Positions 12,801 through 23,665 of a DNA stretch of 64,000 nt are shown here, piece after piece. The first letter of the stretch is position 1, and every line of letters begins with the position of its first letter. The DNA is taken from contig NC_043000.1 of assembly GCF_006345805.1 (NCBI RefSeq), positions 21,514,001-21,578,000 on the forward strand, read 5' to 3'. This DNA comes from Octopus sinensis (taxonomy: Eukaryota). Both the position numbers and the translations under genes were made by a program. The notes under the pieces are model-generated. The model saw nothing but the letters and a program-made list of their open reading frames with translations. It made no database searches and was not told the DNA's origin.

Positions 12801-15800
12801 AAGCAAGCTACTTACCACACAACCACTCCTACACCTATGAGCCACTCCTACTGCATTAAATATGTAAACATTTAGGCACATGGTCAAAATTTGGAGGAAG
12901 TGATATAGTCAATCATATAAACCTCAGCTGGTATTTGATTGTTACTTGATTTATCAATCCCAAAAGAATGGCTGGCAAAGACCTTAGCAGAATTCATGTT
13001 CAGAACATAAAAGATCTACAACAAATTACTAAAAAAATACAGAACTCTGTTCTGCCAAATCACTAATCTTAAATGAAATAAACATTGTATTTATATGGAT
13101 TAAATGATTAAAACATTCTTGCTTCATTATTTTGTCATTGATTATTTGAGTGGCTGTGTGGTAAGTAGCTTGCTTACTAACCACATCCTTCAAGGTTCAT
13201 TCCCCCTGCATGGCACCTTGGGCAAGTGTCTTCTACTATAGCCTCGGGCCGACTAAAGCCTTGTGAGTGGATTTGGTAGAAGGAAACTGAAAGAAGCCCG
13301 TCGTATATACATATATCTGTTTTGTGTGCATATGTTTGTGTTTTTGTGTTTGTCCCCCCAGCATCGCTTGACAACTGATGCTGGTGTGTTTACATGCCCG
13401 TAACTTAGCAGTTCGGCAAAAGAGACTGATAGAATAAGTACTAGGCTTCCAAAGAATAAGTCCTGGGGTCGATTTGCTTGACTAAAGGCAGTGCTCCAGC
13501 ATGGCCACAGTCAAATGACTGAAACAAGTAAAAGAATACTACATCCTTCAAAATTTCCATTTTTTCCTGAAATTTACCAACAGAACACTGGATGTCCTCC
13601 TCGCCCCTTTTTTTTTTTAATAGCTCCTTCACAGTTCACTTCTTGTGAACATTTAGAAGACGATACAAAAAACATGGACGGGACATTCGAAGCCTTCAAT
13701 CTCAGTCAAGAACCGGATCATTCTCGCAATTTTGGCTGATTAATCTTGAGATTGCTCCAATCTGGCGAGCCCCAAGGAAAAACTAAGCTACGAGCATTAG
13801 ATTTCTTGGAAAAAGGATCGAATGTATACGAAACAAGGACAGAAAAACGGACGATGCCACACGAATATATATACAAAAAACAATAATAGTAATAACAGGA
13901 CAAAGACAGCGGGTGTCTTACGACTATAGACAGTACAACTTAGCTTAACTGGCGTATTTAGAAAAAAATGCCTTTTTCGGCAGACGAAGAAAACGATGTT
14001 CTCGTGGCGGTGGTCAGAAGCCGAAAGGCTGGTTGACCAGCTGTCACGTGAGAGGAGAAGAGAGAGAAAAAAAAGGAGGCAAAGGAATCAAAGAGAGAGC
14101 GAAAAAGAGGGACAAAGGCACCAAAGGGGGCAGAAGAGAGAGAAAGAAGGAATTAAAGAGGGGAGAAGAAAGAGAGCGTGCCAAGGATCGACTTGGCGAC
14201 AGAATCAGTGAGGTGCAAAGTGAGAATGACAGAGAAATGTGAGAGAGTGGGGGAAGAGGAGACCAAAGAATCAGAGGCAAGAAAAGAGAAAAGGAGGAGG
14301 AGAAGAAAGAGAGAGAGAAAGAGACAGATCAAAGTGGAGTGCAAAGTGTGAAAGGCAGAGAAATGTAGGAGAGGGGGAAGAGAGAGACAGTGTTATAGAG
14401 TCGTACCAAATTTAAAGAAATATGTACTTACATACAAGACCAAAAAGGGTACGGGCGTCGCTATATATATATATATATATATGTATATGTAAAAAAATAC
14501 TAACTGGGACAAGAACGCAAAACATTTGGAAGACGATACAAAAAGCACGGACGGGACATTCAAAGCCATCAATCTTCATTTCTGATTAATATTTTCTTGT
14601 GAAATTATTTTTATTGTGTGCATTTTTGCTTTGTTTCATTTATTTCTTATTTGTTATTTTTAGATTTTGGTAAGGCTATTCGTGAAAACACATAATCCTG
14701 ATTGTAATTTTATACTATTCTACAGATTTTGCCTTTTCTGTCTCTTATGTTCACCATTTACATACACACAATCTCTTTCCCTTTAACATACAAAGACATT
14801 CTCTCATTGAGAGAATATAGGCGCAGGAGTGGCTGTGTGGTAAGTAGCTTGCTAACCAACCACATGGTTCCAGGTTCAGGCCCACTGCGTGGCATCTTGG
14901 GCAAGTGTCTTCTGCTATAGCCCCGGGCGGACCAATGCCTTGTGAGTGGATTTGGTTGACGGAAACTGAAAGAAGCCTGTCGTATATATGTATATATATA
15001 TATATGTATATGTGTTTGTGTGTCTGTGTTTGTCCCCCTAGCATTGCTTGACAACCGATGCTGGTGTGTTTACGTCCCCGTCACTTAGCGGTTCGGCAGA
15101 AGAGACCGATAGAATAAGTACTGGGCTTACAAAGAATAAGTCCCGGGGTTGATTTGCTCGACTAAAGGCAGTGCTCCAGCATGGCCGCAGTCAACTGACT
15201 GAAACAAGTAAAAGAGTAAAAGAATATATATATATATAAGTATGTGTATATATAGAGAAGAAATTAAGATGTACATCATTATAAATATTTAGTTCCTTTG
15301 TACATTTTACCATTGCAGTAATTCGGAGCTCAATACTGGATGTTTCAAGTACATTTGGATGCTTAACTGGACTGGCACATCTGAGGAACACTTTTTTGGC
15401 ATTCTGTTACAGAGATCAAATAAGTATTCAAGGGTCAAGTAGCCACTATACTGGAATAGTTCTCAACCAGGGTCCATATGGCCCCTGAAGGTCCATATAA
15501 GATTTTTGGGGGTCCACACAGTAAAATAGTAAAATGGAGATCCACAATAGTATTTGAAGGGTCCCTGAAAAAATTTCACTTTAGATGTATGTATTGGTAT
15601 GTATTGCAAGAAACAGCAAGATTTCTTTCTCTAACATTTTACATAGGTCAACCTATACAAATTAATGTGTAGAAAACAAAAAAGGAATTTTGAAAGAAGT
15701 TTCTATAAAACTAGTTTTTAAACATTTAATGGCTGTGGGGGTCAACCAGAATAAAATAGTAATCAAAGGGGTCCATATGTGATGTAGTGGCATTGCGCAA

Positions 15801-17424
15801 TTTGACTTTGTAACAGACTGGATTCTCTCATATCTGCTTAATGTAAATGGTTGTAGCTGAAATGTCTTTTTGTTTTCTCAAAATGTTTTATTTTCCCTTC
15901 TATCACCATAATTTGTTACAGTTTGCCATGCCTGCTTGATATTACTCCACCAAACAACAGCACAGTTTATGATAGCATTGCTTAGGTGATATCTATTTCA
16001 TATCATCACAAACATTCACAGTTTGTGTAGTTAAAGCTTGTATGATATCTGCTTGATATCATCACAGTCACTTACAGTTTGTTTCTTTCTAGGGGACCTT
16101 AGCTCCTAAGAGAGTCATTGGGGTAGTCTTGTGACTGACATATGGCATTTAATATGACGTTTAATGTCAGGAATGTCAGGAATGTCTGGAATGTCAGGAA
16201 TGTCAGGAATGTCAGGAATGATCACTCTCGGCACCCTCTTTGATCTCTGTTGGCACCCTCTTTGATCTCTTTGATATCTGTCGGCACCGTCTTTGATTTC
16301 TGTCGGCAGGCTCTTTGATCTCTGTCGGCGCACTCTTTTATCTCTGTCAGCACCCTCTTTGATATCTGTCGACACTCTCTTTGATCTCTGTCGGCACACT
16401 CTTTTATCTCTGTCGGCACCCTCTTTGATCTCTTTCGGCACTCTCTTTGATCTCTGTCGGCACCCTCTTTGATCTCTGACGACACCCTCTTTGATATCTG
16501 TCGGCACTCTCTCTTGATCACTGTCGGCACTCTCTTTGATCACTGTCGGCACCCTATTTGATCCCTGTCGGCACTCTCTTTGATCTCTGTCGGAAACCTC
16601 TTTGATCTCTGTCGGCACTCTCTTTGATCTCTGTCAGCACCCTCTTTGATCTCTTTCAGCACTATCTTTGATCTCTCTCGGCACCCTCTTTGATCTCTGT
16701 CGGTACCCTCTTTGATCTCTGTCGGTACCCTCTTTGATCTCTGTCGGCGTACTCTTTTATCTCTGTCAGCACCCTCTTTCATCTCTGTCGGCACGCTCTT
16801 TGACCTCTGTCGGCGCACTCTTTTATCTCTGTCAGCACCCTCTTTGATCTCTTTCGGCACGCTCTTTGACCTCTGTCGGGGCACTCTTTTATCTCTGTCA
16901 GCACCCCCTTTGATCTCTCTCGGCACCCTCTTTGATCTCTGTCGGCACCCTCTTTGATCTCTGTCGGCAGGCTCTTTGACCACTGTCGGCGTACTCTTTT
17001 ATCTCTGTCAGCACCCTCTTTCATCTCTGTCGGCACTCTCTTTGATCTCTGTCGGCACCCTCTTTCATCTCTTTCAGCACTATCTTTGATATCTGTCAAC
17101 ACTCCTCTTTGATCTTTGTCGGCACCATCTTTGATGTCTTTCGGCACTCTCTTTGATCTCTGTCAGCACCCTCTTTGATCTCTGTCGGCACCCTCTTTGA
17201 TCTCTGTCGGCACTCTCTTTGGTCTCTGTCGGCACTCTCTTTGATCTCTGTCGGCACCCTCTTTTATCTGTCAGCACCCCCTTTGATATCTCTCAACACT
17301 CCTCTTTGATCTTTGTCGGCACCATCATTTATGTCTTTCGCGACCCTCTTTGATCTCTTTCGGCGTTCTTGTCCCAGTTTGTATTTTTTTACATATACAT
17401 ATATATATATATAATATATATATA

Positions 17425-17476
<52 letters not shown>

Positions 17477-17506
17477 ACATATATATACATATACATATAC
17501 ATATAC

Positions 17507-17571
<65 letters not shown>

Positions 17572-17792
17572 AAGAAAATATACAAGAAATTCACTTATTG
17601 CAAAAGGAAAAAAAATTAACAATGCTTTTATACAATAATGCCATGTTTCAAAATAAACATCGTGCTGAGAGAAAGTGCAAGTGCTGTATGCTGGTCAAAA
17701 TCAAAAATGCCATGCTTTGGACAAATCTTATGCAGAGCAAGAGTATGGTGGTCAAACAGACATGCTTTTCATTATAATCAATACTATTACTA

Positions 17793-17841
<49 letters not shown>

Positions 17842-20800
17842 CATTATTAAGGCAGTGAGGTGGCAGATACAGTAACATGCCGGACAAAAAATTCTTAGCA
17901 GCCTTTCATCCATCTTTGTGTTCTGAGGTTCAAATTTATCTTTGCTTTTCATCTTTTCGGGGTCAATAAAATAAGAACCCTTTGAGTACTATGTTCAATT
18001 ACATTGACGTTCATGCACTTTTGGCTGCTCTTTCTGATGAGCTGTAGTAGTGCACCTGAGCACTGTATACAATAAATTTGTTATTTTATAATAAAAAATA
18101 AGCTTAAAATTTATCAAAATATTGTTTATTTGTTTGCAGTGTACTGCAATGTAATCAGACATTTTGTTTTTCTACTGAAAATGCCAGCTTTCTTATCTTC
18201 TTACTTATTTTGTTTGTTTTCTCCATGTTCTGCTTAATTTCATATCAGTTCTCCTACCTGTGTATAAACTGTGACACCCAGTGTAAAGCAGGAGATTCTT
18301 CTCACCTCACTTCTCTTGAGAACGACTGGAATAAAGAACCAGCCATCAAGCACTATTCTTCTCACATGATACTTGGTAAGAACTTCTCTACTTATTGCTA
18401 TTTAGAATTTCAGACAAGAGCCAACTACTTAATTCTCAAGCCAAACTAAAATCCAATCATGGGAGAGTTTGTAAAGTTCATTTGCAATGAAGATTTGCTT
18501 GATAGATTAGAAATAGAAGCCTAGTCACCCTTAAAATGAGGTATAAAGCTAAATAAAAAAATAAGGATCAATGGTCTTTTCCGAGCTTTAGGCTTATAAG
18601 GCCAGTTTTACCAGATTCTGTGGCATGGATGATCCCCCTTGGATGGAACACAAGTCTGTTACAAGATTACCATAAATCTTTGAGTATAATCTGCATTTTT
18701 TTTCAAAATTTAAAGGCCAAAGTCCCTAGTGCATACTATATACGAGGTCAAAGATGAAAATTATTTTCTAAGCAGTGTCCGAGTCTCTATTTGCTGTCCG
18801 GTAATGTTTATTCAGACGCATTTTGTGATGTCGGGCGCGAAAATACCTTAAATCATCCATAACTTGCAGTAAGCAACATTTATTAAACATTATTACAGTT
18901 ATTTCTCTATTTTCTGCAAACAAAATGCACAAAAAAGCTACACATTTGCATTATGTTATATATACAATAATAATAAAGGACGTTACCGTATACAGTTTTA
19001 CAAACCAAAGATGTTATATAGACCTCCTTGACTCAAGTTAGAGAAGGGGTGCGTATTATTCACAAGGTTTAGGTTTTTCAGAGGTACAGCTCCCTAAAAA
19101 TCCCCTGCGTATTATACTCAAGGGCAGACTATACTTGAGGATTTATGGTACTCATTTTTGCCAGCTGAATGGAATTGAGCAACATGAAATGAAATGTTTT
19201 GCTCAAGAACACAACACATTGCCCCTTCCAGGAATCAAAACCACAATCTTATGATCACGGGTGCAATACCTTAACCACTAAGCCAAGTACCTCCACATGA
19301 AACTAAATACTACCTTGCATTTAGCCTTAATCTTTACTATTTCTGTCATACTCTCACCATTCATCAATCATAAGAACTTGAAATTCATTAATCTTTTCAT
19401 CATCATCATCATCATCATCATCGTTTAACATGCTAGCATGGGTTGGACAGTTCGACCGGGGTCTGGGAAACCAGGAAGCTGCGCCAGGCTCCAGTCAGAT
19501 CTTGCAGTGTTTCTACAGTTGGATGCCCTTCCTAACGCCAACCACTCCATGAGTGTTCTGTTGAATATAGTTTAAAGGAGGTTCAGCTATCCCATGATGC
19601 ATTAGATGAATACTAATTTTTCAGTAATGATCTCAAGAAACCAATAGAAATTACAAGTCATCCATAAACCTAAAAGTCATCATCATCATCATCATCATTT
19701 AGCATCCATTTTCCATGATGGCATGGGTTATATCGTTTGACAGGAGCTGGTGACTCAGAGAGTTGCACCAAGATCCAGTTGTCTGTTTTGACACGGTTTC
19801 TATAGTTGGATGCCCTTCCTAACACCAACCATTTTATAAAATGTATTGCATGCTTTTTATGTGGGGCTAGCATGGCTACTTTTTACAGCGTATATTGAAA
19901 ATAATTTCTGTCAAAACAAAACAATGACTTAACTTCACTAAGTGTGCATTAAAATATACTTTTTTTCTTTTACTCTTGTTGTCCCTTTTAAAACCATTTT
20001 TGTTTCATTGTTTTGCAGGAAACAAACATCCAGATGATGAATGCACAGAAACAAAAGATCTTAGGCAATATCTTGGAATTGAAGGCCTGCCAAGTATTCT
20101 TTTGACTGATAATATGGGTACGGGCATTTTTAAATACTTGAGTGGATTTGATAGAAACTGAAGAAAGGCAGTGAGCTGGCAGAATCGTTAGCACGCCGGG
20201 CGAAATGCTTAGCGGTATTTCATCTGCCGTTACGTTCTGAGTTCAAATTCCGCCAAGGTCAACTTTGCCTTTCATCCTCTCGGGGTCAATAAATTGAGTA
20301 CCAGTTACACACTGGAGTTGATGTAATCGACTTAATCCGTTTGTCCTTGCTTGTTCCCTCTATGTTTAGCCGGTATTTCGTCTGCCGTTACGTTCTGAGT
20401 TCAAATTCCGCCGAGGTCAACTTTGCCTTTCATCCTTTCGGGGTCAATAAATTGAGTACCAGTTACACACTGGAGTTGATGTAATCGACTTAATCCGTTT
20501 GTCCTTGCTTGTTCCCTCTATGTTTAGCCGGTATTTCGTCTGCCGTTACGTTCTGAGTTCAAATTCCGCCGAGGTCAACTTTGCCCTTCATCCTTTCGGG
20601 GTCAATAAATTGAGTACCAGTTACACACTGGAGTTGATGTAATCAACTTAATCCGTTTGTCCTTGCTTGTTCCCTCTATGTTTAGCCGGTATTTCGTCTG
20701 CCGTTACGTTCTGAGTTCAAATTCCGCCGAGGTCAACTTTGCCTTTCATCCTTTCGGGGTCAATAAATTGAGTACCAGTTACACACTGGAGTTGATGTAA

Positions 20801-20885
20801 TCGACTTAATCCGTTTGTCCTTGCTTGTTCCCTCTATGTTTAGCCGCTTGTGGGCAATAAAGAAATAAGAAACTGAAAGAAGCCC

Positions 20886-20918
<33 letters not shown>

Positions 20919-23205
20919 ACGTTTTCTTGTCTTGAAATTCTGTGATGGTTGTAAACGAGTGTCACTGACAATCATTTCCAGTTCTCTGTGCAACCAAAGT
21001 TGTTGACGTTCCATCTTGTGTCCAGTTAGCACTACCCCTGGCATCACACACCTTTCCAGGGCTGACACACCCCCTGATCCACTGCCACCTTGAAACAACC
21101 ACTGCTACTTCCACAGCCAACCTGAGATCACAAACAGATGACTGTTTATGATCCTTCTCTCTCTCTCTCTCTCTCTCTTTTACTCTTTTACTTGTTTCAA
21201 TCATGTGACTGTGGTCATGCTGGAGCACCGCCTTTTAGTTGAGCAAATCAACCCCAGGACTTATTCTTTGTCAGCCCAGTACTTGTTCTATCAGTCTCTT
21301 TTGTTGAACCGCTAAGTTACAGGGACGTAAACACACCAGCATCGGTTGTCAAGCGATGTTGGGGAGACAAACACAGACACACAAACATATACACACACAG
21401 GAGGGGGAGGGGAAGAGGAGGAGGAAGAGGAGTTTAACTGCCAAGTGTTCACACTAATATTTGTTTCTTTTTTACAATAAAAATTTATCTAATTAGAATT
21501 CTTTTTGTTTTTCTTCCCAGGTTTCATTCTGTGGCATGGCAGGTTTTGTGCACCAAATTACAAGTTGTTTTCATCCTTCCTGCTTCATGCACTGCATCAG
21601 GTGAACTCAAGCAACAGAAAGAACTGTATTCATTGCGAAATGGAACGTTCTCAAGACAGTGATATAGAGTGTATGTCACATTTCTTCTGATTTCTCTATT
21701 TTCATTTATTGATCAGAACCACAAAAGATAAAGTTTAATAGATCTGAAACCATATTTTCTTTTTCAGTTATAGTCATATCACAACTGCATAATCTGAGAT
21801 ACAAATGTACGTGCTGTCACTCTTTACTTGACTTATATGTCCGCTTTCAGTACTATTTAACACTTTAGCATTCATGTTATTCTATCAAATGTAAAGCTTA
21901 TTCAGGAGGAATTCCTACCACATTGTGTGGTTCGCTACCTCAACCGCTCCTTTATAGGATCCAGTGGCTAAAGACATCATCAGGAGGAACCACATCCTGT
22001 TTCAGCCTCTACTTCTGCCCCCAACCTTCGGAGGTGTCTTCAGCTCTGGTCTTCAGTGCATTTTTTCTTTTGTTCTTTGGTTTCTTCAATGCAGCATCAA
22101 TGAACATCGGTGGGTGAATGACCATCCTGCCAAATTTCCCTTTAAATACTTGCCAGTAGGCTCAAGTAGCCAGCTAACTGTCATGCAACATTGTCTAAGC
22201 TTCAACTGACCAATGGAAGGGAAGGACGCATAGTTTTAGCCTGCACCCTCTCTAAACTTGCCTTCCAACAGTATCATGTTAGTTTCAGTTCCAGCAGCCA
22301 GAGCCAACCAACTCTTTGGTGGTACAAGCCTTCAAACCAAGAGGAGGGTATGCTATGAATGAGATCGATATCTTGGCCTGCCTCACCTAGTGACACTATT
22401 TACCAGTCAGCTTTCAAGCCATTTGGAGTCTTCTTGTTTCAGCCATATATAGAAGCTGGCTTTGTCGAATGCCTCCTGTATCCTCCTTATTACTTTTCTC
22501 AGCTCCAAGTTCGAAGATGCAAACCTGTTTTTAAATAACGTCACCATTTCTTTTCATTTGAATGAATAATTTATAAGCTTATTATTATTATTTTTATTAT
22601 TATTATTATTATTATATTATTATTATTATTATTATTATCGTTATTATTATCATTATTATTATCATTATTATCATTATTATAAAGGCAGCAAGCTAGCAGA
22701 ATCATTAGCACACTGGGTGAAATGCTTAGCCATATTTCATCTGTCGCTACGTTCCGCGTTCAAATTCCAGGCCTTGTGCCTATAGTTGAAAGTATTATTA
22801 TTACTGAATGTCTAGATAGCCATGCTAAATTGTCAGCTTCCAAGCAGCTGCATCCAATCACCTCTTGCATTCACTTATTGAGATAGAAGAAGACAGAAGG
22901 AAAGAAAAGGAGTAAAGAATAAGAAAAAGACATAAATATTTTTTTTTATCTCCATTCTCTTTTTACTATTAATTCAAATTGTGTCTGTTTTCTTTGCAGT
23001 TATTCAGCAACTACTCAGAGAAAGTGATGCTCTCTTGGAAAAGATAATTCACTGTAAGCAGGTATTATCAGGATCAAAACTGAAGAAAATGCTATTTAAA
23101 CGTCCTAATAGTAGCCAAAGCTATTATTCTTTTGAAAAGGATTTAAATTTTCAAGAAGACCAGCTCATTGATTTAAATAACTCTAGGGATAATGAACAAC
23201 AATGA
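2814..23205 (+). CDS. Multi-exon gene: FN3-like domain plus TlpA/thioredoxin-fold (WCHPC) protein, about 411 aa; 5' end uncertain
   Basis: join(2814-2822,4717-4795,6769-6905,7627-7784,11631-11837,12455-12518,18249-18375,20019-20117,21521-21670,23000-23205) = 1236 nt. All introns are GT-AG, phases are compatible and there is no internal stop. FN3 hallmarks: [29 protein letters not shown]. Trx-fold hallmarks: [16 protein letters not shown] and [16 protein letters not shown]. Confidence 0.8.
4129..4535 (+). mobile_element. tRNA-derived SINE family B (Nin-domain-like core), dimer; other copies about 8672-8898-, 9826-10055-, 24929-25490+, 27690-27895+, 28200-28605-, 30505-30900+, 38439-38658+, 61032-61265+, 61531-61765-, 62823-63054-
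   Basis: Head ggcggcgagctggcagaaacgttagc, core ggtcgactttgcctttcatcctttcggggtcgataaattaagtaccag, tail aaagaaata. Confidence 0.85.
4717..4795 (+). CDS. FN3-Trx gene exon ([26 protein letters not shown])
   Basis: ttcctttggcag| acceptor, CAG|gtaac donor; 79 nt, ends in phase 1, matching the next exon. Confidence 0.65.
4840..5190 (+). mobile_element. RTE-tailed short repeat family E with internal tandem units of about 66 bp and a (GAT)n tail (also about 6190-6640, 11305-11590, 19400-19550, 35430-35670, 41715-41970, 59140-59580)
   Basis: Shared ggcgttaggaagggcatccagctgtagaaac...aacccatgctagcatggaaagcggacgttaaacgatgatg end. Confidence 0.7.
6769..6905 (+). CDS. FN3-Trx gene exon, FN3 N-half ([46 protein letters not shown])
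   Basis: tatttcag| acceptor, ATG|gtaagt donor; 137 nt; FN3 SW and GY motifs. Confidence 0.85.
7627..7784 (+). CDS. FN3-Trx gene exon, FN3 C-half ([52 protein letters not shown])
   Basis: catttcag| acceptor, AA|gtaagg donor; 158 nt; same frame as ORF 7582..7788. Confidence 0.85.
7913..8230. mobile_element. Foldback MITE, MULE-like
   Basis: Imperfect TIRs of about 85 bp (GGTACTACTTG...CAAGTAGTACC), AT-rich core, exact 9-bp TSD TTGAAACGA at 7904-7912 and 8231-8239. Confidence 0.85.
10490..11270 (-). mobile_element. Degenerate LINE fragments (LINE 5' piece ending FSNVWGL; RTE RT C-terminal piece)
   Basis: [20 protein letters not shown] resembles the RTE post-RT region; FSNVWGL resembles the start of an APE domain. 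Confidence 0.5.
11631..11837 (+). CDS. FN3-Trx gene exon ([70 protein letters not shown])
   Basis: cttatgtag| acceptor, TG|gtgagt donor; 207 nt, open; TlpA-type lead-in LPD...PTLVLFW. Confidence 0.88.
11852..12363 (+). mobile_element. Tc1/mariner (Tc2-like) MITE, copy 1
   Basis: TA|CCGTAAATCATCAAGTATA...TATACTCGAGGATTTATGG|TA termini. Confidence 0.8.
12455..12518 (+). CDS. FN3-Trx gene exon carrying the CxxC active site ([22 protein letters not shown])
   Basis: ttttctgtttacag| acceptor, CTG|gtaagt donor; 64 nt; completes the TG|G Trp codon. Confidence 0.9.
13647..14590. mobile_element. Repeat with terminal direct repeat and purine-rich core, possibly Penelope-like
   Basis: aacatttagaagacgatacaaaaaacatggacgggacattcgaagcc at about 13648 recurs at about 14521 after a (TA)n tract. 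Confidence 0.4.
14819..15222 (+). mobile_element. Near full-length tRNA-derived SINE family A copy
   Basis: Head ggcgcaggagtggctgtgtggtaag, tail gtaaaagagtaaaagaata, flanked by repeated agaatata. Confidence 0.85.
16164..17365. repeat. Minisatellite: 6 x 9-mer (aatgtcagg) then about 50 x 22-mer (ctctttgatctctgtcggcacc)
   Basis: Directly visible tandem array; it generates the repetitive ORFs at 16115-17470. Confidence 0.95.
17390..17570. repeat. (TA)n/(TACATA)n microsatellite
   Basis: Visible in the sequence. Confidence 0.95.
18249..18375 (+). CDS. FN3-Trx gene exon ([42 protein letters not shown])
   Basis: catatcag| acceptor, TTG|gtaaga donor; 127 nt, phase 0 to 1. Confidence 0.85.
18670..19148 (-). 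mobile_element. Tc1/mariner (Tc2-like) MITE, copy 2, inverted relative to copy 1 and inserted in a SINE
   Basis: Reverse complement of 11852-12363 over most of its length; TA flanks. Confidence 0.8.
20019..20117 (+). CDS. FN3-Trx gene exon with cis-Pro loop ([33 protein letters not shown])
   Basis: ttgttttgcag| acceptor, TGG|gtacgg donor; 99 nt; GxxGLPxxxLxD motif typical of TlpA-like folds. Confidence 0.87.
20166..20870 (+). mobile_element. Family B SINE with four tandem 158-bp body units
   Basis: Units start (cggtatttc) at 20213, 20371, 20529 and 20687. Confidence 0.9.
21521..21670 (+). CDS. FN3-Trx gene exon ([50 protein letters not shown])
   Basis: tttcttcccag| acceptor, AGT|gtatgt donor; 150 nt. 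Confidence 0.85.
21900..22550 (-). mobile_element. 3' fragment of an RLE-type (Hero/R2-superfamily-like) non-LTR element
   Basis: Minus frame ...[29 protein letters not shown] (stop at 22409-22407) resembles Hero C-termini; it is followed by a putative 3' UTR. Confidence 0.5.
23000..23205 (+). CDS. FN3-Trx gene terminal coding exon ([22 protein letters not shown]...DNEQQ*)
   Basis: tttctttgcag| acceptor, phase 1, TGA at 23203-23205; same frame as ORF 22981..23205. Confidence 0.8.
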
Positions 23206-23289
23206 AATGTGAGCAAATTATAACATATAATAACATGTTGTCATAGACCAACAAGAAAGCAACTCAACATCTGCAAAAATGAAAGCAGA

Positions 23290-23540
23290 ATTTAATAAAA
23301 TAAAACTACAAAATAAACAAAATATATTCATACAGGTTTCTTTTTAAATGTTAGTTATATAATTAAGTAGGTTCATGTGCCACACACACATACACTACCC
23401 ACATCTTGTTAAAGTAAAAAAATATATTTATCTTTGAATTGATAACAATTAAATAGTGCAAATTATTTCTTGTAAAATATAAAAGGAGCATTTTACTTGA
23501 ATATATAAATATTACCTTTTATATCTAATAATAAAACCAT
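23290..23540 (+). terminator. Candidate polyadenylation signals of the FN3-Trx gene
   Basis: Several AATAAA hexamers (about 23294, 23312 and 23530) in the AT-rich region after the stop codon. Confidence 0.35.
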
Positions 23541-23665
23541 GTTATATACAATAGCTAAATGTGTCACTATGTTTCATGTCTGATGCTTGCTTTTCTTGCT
23601 GCTTGCTTTTAACATCCCATCAAAGAAAATGACAGCACCAATCCAAGACATTCATTCTCATCAGT

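Noticed and set aside
16222-17365. CRISPR-like appearance of regular repeats
   Set aside because: No unique spacers, no cas genes, eukaryotic context.
16115-17470. Repetitive minus-strand ORFs ([22 protein letters not shown])
   Set aside because: Explained by a stop-poor 22-bp tandem unit; overlapping frames give the same peptide and there is no splice context.
17350-17952. YI/II/NN-rich ORFs
   Set aside because: Translations of (TA)n and (ATT)n microsatellites.
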